From Squalus acanthias (lineage: Eukaryota): DNA of 64,000 nt. Shown in pieces: positions 52,584 to 64,000 of this stretch (positions are counted from its first letter, which is position 1; every line of letters starts with the position of its first letter). The DNA is taken from NCBI GenBank assembly GCA_030390025.1, contig CM059432.1, forward strand, positions 134,914,001-134,978,000, read 5' to 3'. Position numbers and translations under genes: made by a program. Below the pieces are notes generated by a model. The model made no database searches. It worked only from the letters and a program-made list of their open reading frames with translations, and was not told the origin of the DNA.

Positions 52584-54776
52584 GGGGGGGGGTGGAGAAT
52601 TTGTGGCCGCCACAAGAGTTGCTGGTGTCACTGGCAACTCAGGTTAACGGCGGCTGAAAATGGACGAAGCGCTACCAGGGAAAAGTTCACGCTGGGGGCT
52701 AAAGATTTTTAGCCCAGCGCTAACTTACCATGTAACGCCCTCCTGGTGGTGTTAGTGCAGGCCTGGCAGTCAAAGTTCCTGCCCAGGAGCGGCGTTCCAG
52801 CTTCTAACAGCCTCAGGGAGCGAGGCTGTGGCGTCCGCAAGGAATTGTGGGCAATTAAAAGGGCAATGCCTACTGAACTAATAAAAATTATAACGAAGTG
52901 AAAAAAATGCAGTTTTCAGCCCTTCCTGCCTTTAAAAAAAAATTAACATGAACAAAAAGTCCCAAATGGGAGTTTTCAGCACTTAAAGCTGAATTCCCTT
53001 CCGAACCTCAAAAAGTGGGAAAAGTGCTTCAACACTAACATAAATGGCTCAGCAAGCCAGGGAAGGGGCACCCAGGGTTTCGCCCACAGCACTCCAGCTT
53101 TGTGCAGGGTGTCAACACTGCAAGAGAGGTCCTCTACCCACAGGGGCCAGCAGGCCCTCCACAAAGAATGATGTGGGAGCACATCACCAAGGCTGTCACT
53201 GCCAGCAGTGTCACCCCCACCACCTGGCTCCAGTGCCCAAAGAAGCTTCATGACCTCAGACCACTGATCAAGGTCAGTGAATGCATCTTCAAAAGCCGTC
53301 TCCTACCAACTGCACCATTAGCCTCACACACTGCTCAATGCATGACACCCCCACCCCCCCAATCACTCACCTGCCAACAATCTGAACCAATCACGAGGCA
53401 CATTTCCCATTCCTAACCTTACCTCACCCCCTTGGAGGGGACGGTGCAGGCCATTCTTGGCAGGGGCATGGCTGAGCCCTTGGCCTGTGGCGGGGCAGAA
53501 AGGTTACAAGATGCTGGTATCCTCATACACTAACCTCCTTCTGGCATGCACCTCCTGCTTTCCCGCTCTCCCCTCACCACAACTCCACCCTTGTGCCTTC
53601 CTCATTTCACACACCCAAGAAATACAGCCTGCCCAGCCAGTGGTTGACCAAGAAAATGAGGAGGTGAAGAAGAAACACCGTCACTTGATTTGACACTCCC
53701 AGCCATCAGCTCCTCAGGGTCAACCAGCAAGGCCATTTGCAGTGTCCCCCACTGAAAGTCAGCAGCCTTCCACCAGCCATGCTGCAGCCACTGGGGTAGC
53801 ACTGTGTGACATCAGTAGGATAGGCAAAGGCACACGCAAGACAGTCACTAAAAGAATGCATAAGGGTTATGAGTTGATTTCTTGATGTCATATTGGATGG
53901 ATTGGAAAGCTTGCTTTGTGGTGACTCTTATTTCAGCATCGTAGCCAAGAGGACGTTGTGATGGTCAGTAACAGAGGGAAGGTAAGGTGTGGGACTAATA
54001 TTGAAAGGGGAATTGGGGTTGTGGTCACTGGGACCACAGGCGGATGATTCCATCCCAGATATCCTGGCCAGCAAGGGGCTGTCTGGGTTGCATCCTTCCT
54101 CCTGTTTCCTCCTCTTCTGCTTCCTCCGCTTCTGCATCTGCCTCTTCCCTCTGCGAGCGGATGCTGTAAATCTGAAATGACAGCATAAAATGCTGGAAAT
54201 ACTCAGCAGGCCAGGCAGCATCTTAACCTGAGACATGAACTCTGTTTCTCTCTCCACGGATGTTGCCCGACCTGCTGAGTATTTGCAGCATTTTCTGTCT
54301 TCTCAGAGGCCTTCCTTTACCGTCCGAGGCCTTGCCAGAGTCCAACAACACTTAAAAAACTTCTAACATCTATTGCAGCAAGCCACTACTCCAGTAAAAT
54401 CAAAAAAACCCAGTCCAAAAGCTTAAATGCAAACTTGCCTGAAAGATGTGTGTGTCCCTTTAAGAGGTGCTGATAGCACCTCTGTGAGTCTGCTTGCACG
54501 CTAGGTTTACATGGCGAGCTTCGGACCCAGCGCTTAACTCAGCGCAACGGTCCAAGTTCCCCGTGGTGACGTTAAGTTGGCGTTGCACACCGACTGACGT
54601 CACCACTCCCTCATTTTAATTTGCAGGGCGATGCATCTTACTGGCAGTGCTGCCGGGCCTAGGAAAATGGAGGACTCTGTGGGATCCGCCACCAGATGGC
54701 GAAAGAGTGGTGGCCGACTTCTTGTCGCGATTTTTTGCCGGTAACAGGTGGAGTAAAGACCCTGAACTTTTAGCCC
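52584..54776 (+). mobile_element. Harbinger derivative (family D, long copy) with Myb/SANT relic and transposase C-terminal relic
   Basis: G-run/GAGAATTT left end, AACTTTTAGCCC right end, probable TGG TSD; Myb-like ORF remnant; homologous to 11175-12441. Confidence 0.8.
53044..53271 (+). pseudogene. Harbinger Myb/SANT-like DNA-binding protein exon 1, frameshifted
   Basis: MAQQAREGAPRVS...VQGVNTAREVLYP...WEHITKAVTASSVTPTTWLQCPKKLHDL, then GTCAGT donor. Confidence 0.75.
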
Positions 54777-55247
54777 TGGGCCTATGCTCTCTGGAGTTTA
54801 GAATAATGAGAGGTGATCTCATTGAAACATATAAAATTCTTAGAGGGCTTGACAGGGTAGATGCTGAGAGGTTGTTTCCCCTGGCTGGAGAGTGCAGAAC
54901 TAGGGGGCATAGTCTCAGGATAAGCAGTCAGCCCTTTTGGACTGAGATGAGGATAAATTTCTCACTCAGAGGATTGTAAATCTTTGGAATTCTCTGCCCC
55001 AGAGGGCTGTTGATGCTCAGTCGTTGAGTATATTCAAGATTTTGATCGATAGATTTTTGGACTCCAAGGAATCAAGGGATATGGGGATCGGTCGGGAAAG
55101 TGGAGTTGAGGTCGAAGATCAGTCATGATCTTATTGAATGGCGGAGCAGGCTCGAGGGGGTCACATGGCCTACTCCTGCTCCTATTTCTTACGTTCTTAT
55201 GTTCCTAAGTAATAGTGTAACTTGATTCTATTTGCTCATGTGATACA

Positions 55248-55996
55248 GGGGGTGATTTTGTCAATGGGGGCGTGTTGGAGGCGGGACTGCTGCTTGTCGG
55301 GTTTTAGTCCCGCCTCCATCGACTTGTGGCCAACCCACGCTATTTTCCCTTGATTGACCTTGTTAAGCCTGCCCAGCGGGCTTAGCAGGCCAATTAAGGG
55401 GAAGCCGGTTACAGAGAACATCAACGTATGACATTTTTGACAGATGAATTGTCATCGTTTGACAGCTCTGTGAAGTTGTCAAACACTGACATTCTCTGTT
55501 GTTTGATGAGTCCTTGTATTCAAGACTCATCAAACCTATCTGCTGAGCAGAAATCAGATGGTTGTTGCGTCGTAGAATGCAGCAGCCATTCTGTCATCTC
55601 TGCCGGTGAGATGCCGGAGTCTCCGGTTCCCCAACGATTGAAGCCTGCAGGAAGAAACAAAGGAAAGTAAACATTTTCTATCACTTTTCACTCACCTTAC
55701 ATACTTACCTCTCCACACTTGCACCCATCACTCACCTCCACAGTGCACTTTTGGACCCCTCTCACCCCCGCAGACCCACTGCTCACATCGGTGACCCTGG
55801 CGGGGTTTCTTGTTAACAGGCAGTTAAGTGGCTGTAATCCAGGAGACAGGACCCGGCCCAGGTCAGGTACCCGCCTCCTGGGAAGATGGCACGGAGGCGG
55901 GTTAGGGGCAGGATGGGTACCCGCCCCCAGATTCTGCCATTTTCCTGGCAGTCCCGCCTCCAAACCCGCCTCCCCAGGGCTGGCAAAATCGCCCCC
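55248..55996 (-). mobile_element. Harbinger-like MITE, family E copy 2
   Basis: TIR GGGGGTGATTTTG...CAAAATCGCCCCC, ACA TSD. Confidence 0.85.
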
Positions 55997-56004
55997 ACAG
56001 TCTC

Positions 56005-57642
56005 TGAGCACTTAGAAAAATTTGAGCTAATTAGTGAGAGCTAACATGAATTTGTAAAAGGTAGGTCATGTCTAACAAACCTAATTGAATTTTTTGAGAA
56101 AGTAACTAAAGTAGGAGCCAGGGGAACGTCTATAGATGTAGTTTATATGACCTTCCAGAAGGCATTTGATAAGGTTCCACATAAGAGACTGTTAGCTAAA
56201 TTTAAAGCTCATGGAATTGAAAGCAAATTATTGACTTGGTTAGGAGATTGGTTAGGTGATAGAAGACAGAGAGTAGGGATAATGGGTATGTACTCGAATT
56301 GGAAGGAAGTGACTAGAGGTGTCCCACAAGGATCTGTGCTGGAGCCTCAACTATTCACTATATTTATTAATGAGTTAGATAACACAATAGAGAGCCATAT
56401 ATCCAAGTTTTCCAATGACACAAAGATTGGTGGCAAGGTAAGTAGTGTAGACAGGAGCATAAAATTACAGAGAAATTGATAGATTAAGTAAGTGGGCAAA
56501 ACTGTGGCAAATGGATTACAACGCAGGTAAATGTGAGGTCAACCATTTTGGACCAAATAAAGGATAGATCTGAGTATTTTTAAAATGGTGAAAAGCTAGG
56601 AACAGTGGAGGTCCAAAAAGATTTAGGGGTCAGTGTACACAGATCACTAAAATGTAGTACAGGTTGAGCGTCCCAAATCCGGAGTTCCGGAATGTTCCGG
56701 AATCCGGGACGATTGGTGGCAGGGGTCCGGAATCCGTAAAATGTTCCGGAATCTGGACACCCTGAGGGAGGCTTACCAAAAACCGGAAATAGCGCAACCT
56801 GGGCCCAGGCATTTCCGGACTCGGCACGTGTTTCTGATGTCCGAAGTCCGGAAATATCGCAACCTGGGCTCGGGCGTTTCCGGACTTTGGACATCAGAAA
56901 CACGTTCCAAAGTCCGGAAAAACCCAAAAACTGGCTCGGCCTCGGACCCGAGGTTGCCGGATTCGGGACGGTCAACCTGTAGTCAGGTATAAAAAATAAT
57001 CAAAAAGGCTAATGGAATGTTAGCCTTTATAACTAGAGGGCTAGAATATAAAGGGGAGGAAGTTTTGCTGCAGCTATACAAAGCCCTTGATAGACCACAT
57101 TTGGAGTACTGTGTACAGTTCTGGGCATCGCACCTCAGAAAGGATATACTGGCCCTGGAAGGAGTGCAGAGCAGATTCACCAGAATGATACCAGGACTCC
57201 AAGGGTTAAATTATGAGGAGAGATTAAATAAACAAGGCTTGTATTCCCTGGAATATAGAATGTTAAGGGGTGATTTGAAAAAGGTTTTTAGGACTTTGAA
57301 AGGACTTGATAGGGTAGATAGTGAAAATGTATTGCACGGGTGGGGGAGTCTAGGACAAGGGGACATAACCTTAAAGTCAGAGCCAGGCCATTCAGGAGAG
57401 AAGTTAGGAAACACTTCTTCATGCAAAGGATGGTAGAAGTGTGGAACTCTCTCCCACAAAAAGCAGTAGAGGTTAGCTCAGCTAATAATTTTAAGTCTGA
57501 GATCGATAGATTTTTGCTAGCCAAGGGTATTGAGGGATATGGAGCCTAGGCAGGTGAATGGAGTTAGGATACAGATCAGCCATGGTCTTATTGAATGGCG
57601 GAATAGGCTCGAAGGGCTGAATGGCCTACTCCTTCTCCTATG
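56005..57642 (+). mobile_element. 5'-truncated CR1 LINE interrupted by a MITE
   Basis: FQKAFDKVPH, GVPQGSVL, LEYCVQFW, 3' hairpin. Confidence 0.9.
56660..56979. mobile_element. Tigger/pogo-like MITE
   Basis: TIR CAGGTTGAGCGTCCCAAATCCGG...CCGGATTCGGGACGGTCAACCTG, TA TSD, many TCCGGA motifs. Confidence 0.85.
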
Positions 57643-58624
57643 TTAAAGTTGGTTACTCATTGAATGAATCAGTGCCAGTAGAGTTATTGCATAGAAAATA
57701 TTTATTGATAGCACTTTATAAATGGAGTATGGGAGTCCTAATAACTCTGAGACCTCGCAGAAAAAGTAATTGATACTGTTGAGTGTGGTCCAGCTGAATC
57801 GCCATCCTTCGCTAGATTTGGCAGGTTTGCTACTGAACATTACTCCATTTGTTTCAGCAGATTCCAAGAGAGTGGTGACTCCCTCTATGAGGAAATTAAA
57901 CACATGAGGAAACTCCATTACATTACAGTCTGGACTTTTGATCCACGGAGCTCCACCAAAGTGTATTCGAATGTTCCAGAATAGGGTACAGTTCCACAAG
58001 TGCTAGTTCACTTCCAGTACCTCACCCAGGTGCTCATTTAATGTTTCAGTTGTGAGAAGCCTCCCTTTTCTCATAACTCACTGTAAGTCCTGTATACATA
58101 GAGGATACTGCATCGGAAGTTGTTGAACACACTGATTCATTCATCAGACAAAGCAATAACTGAGTTAGACAAGTTTCTTTCACACGTGGAAAAAAAACAA
58201 CCTATTCAATAACTTCCTGTACAATATCCTATTTACACAACATGGTGTTCCAGGATCATGTTAATTCAAAAAAAATCCATGTAAGTTTACCCTTTTAAAA
58301 TGGCATTTTGGGAGTCTTTCTTTCTGTTGCAGAAGTGAATACTATGGAGTTGTGCAGTTATGATGTGTCAATTCCTGTGCTTACAAATGAAAGCGCGTAC
58401 ACAACCGTTCGAATGTTTTATTTGCCATTGCCTGTGGGGAAAATGGATCTCCGAACATTAATAAATTCCATAGGTGAGATAATTGTGAATCACATGGGCC
58501 TTGAAATTAAAATAGTTGGGTTAAGATCTCTATTATAATACCAGAGGAAGGAATTTCTTAAGATTGCATTAAGCATTCGTACACTAATATTCCACAGTGT
58601 AATTTCAAGGCAACGGTGTTTTTC

Positions 58625-60100
58625 GGACATACAAACAATGATGGATAGGAAAAGACCCGTTGGTCCATCCAGTGTGCCCCACACAACTGCGATGCCTTGT
58701 GCATCACAATGCATACAATCCCCCATCCCACCTGGAAGCCATGTAATCTCCTGGGAGAGGCAAAAAAAGAGCTAAAAGCCCACACCTGTGAGTCATTTGT
58801 AACCTGTCTTTGAGCATCCTTCAATAGCCCAATACAGTCTGACAGTTCTCTGACTCTTCAGATAAATGAAAAAACTTTTCCCATTAATCATAGAATAGTA
58901 CAGCACAGAAGGAGGCCATTCGGCCCATTGAGTCTACTACCACAGTTGTCTACGATCCTCTTTTCCATTAACCTTTTAGCTGATCGAAGAGCAGCCTTAT
59001 TTTTTAAGCTGTTCCCAGTACCTATCTTTGTTTTGCAATATATGACTTTAATTTGGAAAAACATTTTTGTTTTCATCTTATTTGTCTTTGTACATGACCA
59101 GTCAGCTGCCACGGCTTTTTCTTCCCACATTTCCTTCTCTTGACTTTGGGCACATACATGTCTTCCACAGGTTTTATTTTGCTCTTAAAAACTTGCCGTT
59201 TATATTCTACATCGGTTCCATCATAGGGTTAACCAATGAACCGGTTCCAAATCTTCTGCCATTTTTGTAAAGTTGGTTCTACCAGCCAATTGAAACCATA
59301 TAATATTGTGGTCACTGTTACCCAGGTGTTCTCCCACATGGAGGTTTGATACAAGGTTAGGCTCGCTACTAAACACTAGATCTAGTATACGATTACCCCA
59401 GGCTTCCTCTTTAACATACCGAGTCAGGAAACAGTCTTGTATATTTTCAACAGTTGCACTTCCCACCACAACAGAAAATAAACCATCATGCCACTGAATT
59501 CCAGGAAAATGAGGGTCCCCCCATCAAACAGGCTTTTATCTGTTTCCATAGTAGTTCATCATGTTCAGGTGTCTGACCTGGGCGTGGGGGGAGGGGTGGG
59601 GGGGGGGTCGGTCTTTAACAATTACCAATAATTAATCCCATGAGCCTGGTCCACTTGAACCCCAGTTAGCTTCAACCGAACCTAATGAAGCAAAATCACC
59701 TCTCTCTAGGGCTGTTAGATTCTCACTGATAAAGACAGCAACCCCATCTCCTCTTTGACCTACGCTATCATTTCTGAATCCCATGTTGCCTTTTAGGTGA
59801 TTTTCTGTGTCATGCGCTCACCTAGCCATGTTTCAGAAATGCACAAAATATCTAATTTCTCCAAGACAGCATATGATTGGAGCTCAAACAATTTGTTTCT
59901 TATGCTTTTTGCATTTGTATAGAAACTATTTAAATGTCTATCATCTACTTTTTTTTAATGAGTCCTTTGTTCTCATATACTCCTTGCCAAGTTTAACTAT
60001 ATCTTTAGTATCGATGCACTGATCCTCTAACCCAGTAAGGTAATCTTTAAATATGGCTATGCTATCTCCAAGCTGAACTAGTTTAAATGCTTCCTAAAAG
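58625..60100 (-). mobile_element. Degenerate CR1 pieces (tails at 58625 and 58888; endonuclease region ~58950-59950)
   Basis: ILDLVFSSEP...GEHLGNSDHNII motif; CR1 tail motifs. Confidence 0.65.
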
Positions 60101-60257
60101 CTAGCTCAATGTCCTCCACCAACCTTTGTGCGCCTAAAGAGTTTAAGTGGAGGCCTCCCTCCTTAATAACTTACCGTGACCTGTGAATACCTGCAATTCT
60201 CGATGAAGTGTAGCTTCTTTTTACAAAGATCCTGAAACCACATGATGAATCTAATGA

Positions 60258-60572
60258 TTCATAGAACCATAGAATCATAGAATAGTACAGCATAGAAGGA
60301 GGCCATTCGGCTCATCGAGACTGTACCGGCTCTTTCGAAGAACAATCGAGTTAGTCCCACTCCCCCGCTCTTTCCCCATATCCCTGCAATTTGTTCTCCT
60401 TCAAGTATTTATCCAATTCCCTTTTGAAAGCTACTATTGAATCTGTTTCCATCATCCTATGAGGCAATGTATTCCAAATCCTAGCCACTCGTTGCGTAAA
60501 AAAGTTTTTTCTCATGTTGTCTCTGGTTCTTTTGCCAATCACCTTAAATCAGTGCCCTCTGGTTATCGACCC
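60258..60572 (-). mobile_element. CR1 3' end
   Basis: FFTQRVARIWNTLP...FKRELD; catagaat tail repeats. Confidence 0.85.
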
Positions 60573-60785
60573 TTTGATTCGACTGTTAATTTCCAGCGAT
60601 TTGGCCATGACTGGTAGTAGACCTGAGGCTCTGGAGGTCTGTTATAAGGTCAATGTGTGTGTCCTGCAAAACAAATGGATTTTTATCAATTATGTCGTTT
60701 TTACCATTATGTAACCCAACTACAGTATCTTAGCACTCACCATCCATCAGGTTCTCTACACAATCTCGGAGATCTGCAACTCAGT

Positions 60786-60791
60786 GTCAAC

Positions 60792-60825
<34 letters not shown>

Positions 60826-60878
60826 TAGAAGGTTGTGGGTTCATAGTCCCACTCCAGAGACTTGAGTGTAAAATCTAG
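60786..60878 (+). mobile_element. Deu-type SINE head only
   Basis: ctgtggctcagtgggtagcac...gtcccactccagagacttgag matches 31652. Confidence 0.75.
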
Positions 60879-60899
60879 TAAATATGGTAATCCAGCCAT

Positions 60900-62900
60900 T
60901 GTAAAATATTTCCTCAGAGTCCTGTAACTCTCTTAGAAAAAAAGTAGATGATTCCTCTGGGGATGAGGAATGTGCTTGTGGTCATTTTGTACAAATGGTG
61001 ACCATTCTGGACTGCGGAAACCGCCATGGCATCTTTATCATCTCAGTTGTTCAGCATATTCTTGCTGGTATCCTTCTGAACTTGCTGAACAAAATCATGA
61101 TAATATTCTTCCAGAGATCCAGTGCTGCTCTCGATCCAAGTGAAGCACTGTGGACATGACTTTAGTTGCAAGACAAAGTCAGAGGAATTGTAAAAAGCAA
61201 AACACGATCTTCATCAATTTGACAAAGGGCTTTGACACTGTAAGCAGACACAGACTGTAGAAGTTTGGCTAGCCTGACAAATTTATTAATATGGTAAATT
61301 TGTCGAGCTGGCCAAACTATATATTATTGGATGTCAGGAAGGGTGATTTCTAATGGGGGTGGTGCCTGATGCTTTCTCCATCACCAACAGAACACTGCTG
61401 ATTTCACTTCAGCAATTTGCCTATGACCTATGACCTCCAAGAAAGAGTGTACAACTGGTTCAAAACAGACAGAAAGCTGTTCAACTGAAACAAGCTCGAA
61501 GCAAATAACAAAATGAAAGAAGCCACCATTCATAAGATCCTTTTTGCCAATGATGTGGCCCAAACATTAGACCTCCAAACCATCACCAACCACTTTTCAT
61601 CAGCTGCCAAGAACTACAACCTAACCATCAGTCTGATGAAGACTGAGGTTAGGTTCTAGTCATGGCCTTCACTACACACCACCATCATTGCTTATTGAGA
61701 GAACACTGCTGAGTTCATTTCAGCAATTTGCCAACCTGAGCAATAACCAATCATCAATGTATATCTGGATAAAGAAATGTTTCATCAATTTTGGACAGCC
61801 TGACTGAGGAAGTGCATACGGGATGAACATGAATTGAAAATAATGTTCATCCCATAAAAGCAAGAGTAAGGTTTTTTTTTATTCATTTATGGGATGTGGG
61901 CGTCACTGGCAAGGCCAGCATTTATTGCCCATCCCTCGTTACCCTTGAGAAGGTGGTGGTGAACTGCCTTCTTGAACCACTGCAGTCCGTGTGGTGAATG
62001 TACTCCCACAGTGCTGTTAGGTAGGGAGTTCCAGGATTTTGAATCAGTGACGATGAAGGAACAGCGATATATTTCCAAGTCAGGATGGTGTGTGACTTGG
62101 AGGGGAACATGGAGGTGATGGTGTTCCCATGCACCTGCTGCCCTTGTCCTTCTAGGTAGTAGAGGTCGCGGGTTTGGGAGGTGCTGCAGTCCATCTTGTA
62201 GATGGTATACACTGCAGCCACGGTACACCGGTGGTGGAGGGAGTGAATGTTTAAGGTGGTGGATGGGGTGCCAATCAAGTGGGCTGCTTTGTCCTGGATG
62301 GTGTCAAGTTTCTTGAGTGTTGTTGGAGCTGGACTCATCCAGGCAAGTGGAGAGTATTCCATCACACTCCTGACTTGTGCCTTGCAGATGGTGGAAAGTG
62401 TACAATGTAGTGTTCCTGTTGTATCTTTATACCTGTAAGACCTGGACAATCTACATAAGAGTTTGAACATTTCTGCGTCTGTAGCATCATGAACATCAGA
62501 TGGCAAGACAAGGTTACAAAGCATTAAGGTTGTGGCTCCTACCTGCTTATCAAGGATCAAAGCTCAGCTGAGATGGTCTGGAGACATCTTGAGAATGTCT
62601 GATGATAGGCTGCTAGGATTGTCTTCTACTTTCAACTTCAAGGAGACCAAATGTTCCATGGAGGACAATTCAAATGTTATAATGAAGCATGTGAAATCCT
62701 TAGAGCAACATGCTATAAGCAGATGGGTGAATAGCATTCATCAAGGCAGATGCCAAATTGAGAGACAGTGTAATGAAGCTGCAAAGAGAATGGAAAGAAA
62801 ATGACAAACTGAAACCAGATTGCAACAATAAAAACTGAATTCACCGTTACCAAATATGGTTGCACCTGCCTCTTACATAACAGACAAGAGCCATGTAAGT
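60900..62900 (+). mobile_element. Old RTE-clade LINE remnant, interrupted at 61872-62397
   Basis: FINLTKGFDTVSR (~61210), LFANDVA (~61540), AQLRWSGDILRMSDDRL (~62560). Confidence 0.65.
61872..62397 (-). mobile_element. 3' fragment of the 6391-9682 LINE family
   Basis: KAQVRSVMEYSPLAWMS...; colinear with 9133-9680 apart from a small deletion. Confidence 0.9.
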
Positions 62901-63172
62901 GCTTGAGAAGAGACACATACCTGGCCTGGACCTTGATCTGATTGAAATGTAATCACCATTGCAACAAAATTACACTCTTTTCCAATCAAGGTAGCTTGAA
63001 ATGGAAATGAATGCACTTTGAAAATAATAAGAGTTCCTGAGTTTCTGATTGGAAAGCCATTAATTGAAACTACAAAATGAACTCCTGTAATTTTATGAGG
63101 TTTACACCTTTAACAACAAAGTGGAACCAATGGGAAATAACTGAGACCATTTGTTCTGCTCTAAAGAACATT

Positions 63173-64000
63173 GGGGGAAAAATTCAGTTGGTTGCGCCTC
63201 CCGTTAGCGCCTTAAGAGGGCGCTAATGGGGCGCAAAGCATCCAGCGCCCAGGCGCGGCGAAGTTTGCGCCGCTCGCGAAATTAACTAGACATTTTGCGG
63301 CGGCGCTAAACACTACCGCCACGATCTCCTGCGCCGGCAGATCGTGACATCAGTCGAGTGCGCAACGCCCCGGTATCGCCCCGGAGCGGATATTGAGTGG
63401 CGCCCCCTGCCTTACCGCCTGACGCTAGCAACGACAGGTTGAGGGGAGCGTTCTGCAGTCATGAAGGGAAAGGGGGAGCGCTATTTAAAGGTGACCGCCT
63501 CCTGCCTTTTATTGTTGGTGCCATTTTTGAACTACGCATTCTGAGAGAGAGAGAGAGAGACTTCTGGAGAGATTCAACGTTGTGTGAAGGAGTTTTGGGT
63601 ACTGAGCAGCACTTTGCAGGTTCATTTTGATTTGCCATTCCTTGTATCGATTTAGAAGAGACTGTGGGGGCTGCACTCTGAGCTCTTTGCCTGGTACTCT
63701 CCATTGTTCTTTCCAGCAGATTTGATGTGCAGGTCTCTCCAGGCCGAGATTCAAGGCTGCAATTAACAGGATGTGGATGGAAAGTGAGATTAACCATCCC
63801 CTTTAAGAACTGGCCCGTGCCATTGTGTGTGTGTTCCATTGCTGACTGACATTACATGAGCTTCGCCAGCGCTCTGAGGTAGCGCCTCGCTCCTCGGCCT
63901 TTGCACCTTAAGACAGGTGTGAAGCGCCTGATTTAGCGCTCCAATCACCTCCAGGGGCGATAAAAGTCAAGTTTGCAGTCGGTGGCGATAATTAGCGCCA
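63173..64000 (+). mobile_element. Harbinger-type element, family A copy 4, runs off window edge
   Basis: Starts GGGGGAAAAATTCAGTTGG; nearly identical to 26254-27080. Confidence 0.85.

Larger units (their letters stand above)
52528..55205 (+). mobile_element. CR1 3' fragment split by a Harbinger derivative (52528-52583, 54777-55205)
   Basis: Colinear with 17393-17868 once the insert is removed. Confidence 0.8.

Noticed and set aside
56675..56965. CRISPR-like repeats
   Set aside because: Irregular spacing, bounded by TIRs and a TA TSD, eukaryotic context, no cas genes
57643..57999. 118-aa minus-strand ORF with an overlapping start-less plus-strand frame
   Set aside because: No recognisable homology or convincing splice sites

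Overview
Repeat-dominated vertebrate nuclear DNA. The repeat inventory (abundant CR1 and L2 LINEs, Deu-domain tRNA SINEs, Penelope ends) suggests a cartilaginous fish; this is an inference. No host protein-coding gene is confidently identifiable, and nearly all long ORFs are LINE endonuclease/reverse-transcriptase fragments or their antisense shadows. The window holds many CR1 fragments (one near full-length with an esterase ORF1), L2 and RTE fragments, Deu-type SINEs, at least a dozen non-autonomous PIF/Harbinger-type elements with 3-bp TSDs, two TA-flanked Tigger/pogo-like MITEs, a small LTR family with 5-bp TSDs, and Penelope 3' ends carrying minimal hammerhead ribozyme motifs. Most notable: (1) a ~3.3-kb ORF1-less EN-RT LINE whose 5' end is a tRNA-like Pol III SINE head; (2) a Harbinger derivative in two copies whose transposase core is replaced by a Penelope-derived hairpin; (3) minimal hammerheads; (4) a multi-level nest of insertions at 6.3-17.9 kb. 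Boundaries were read by eye and are approximate unless a TSD is quoted.
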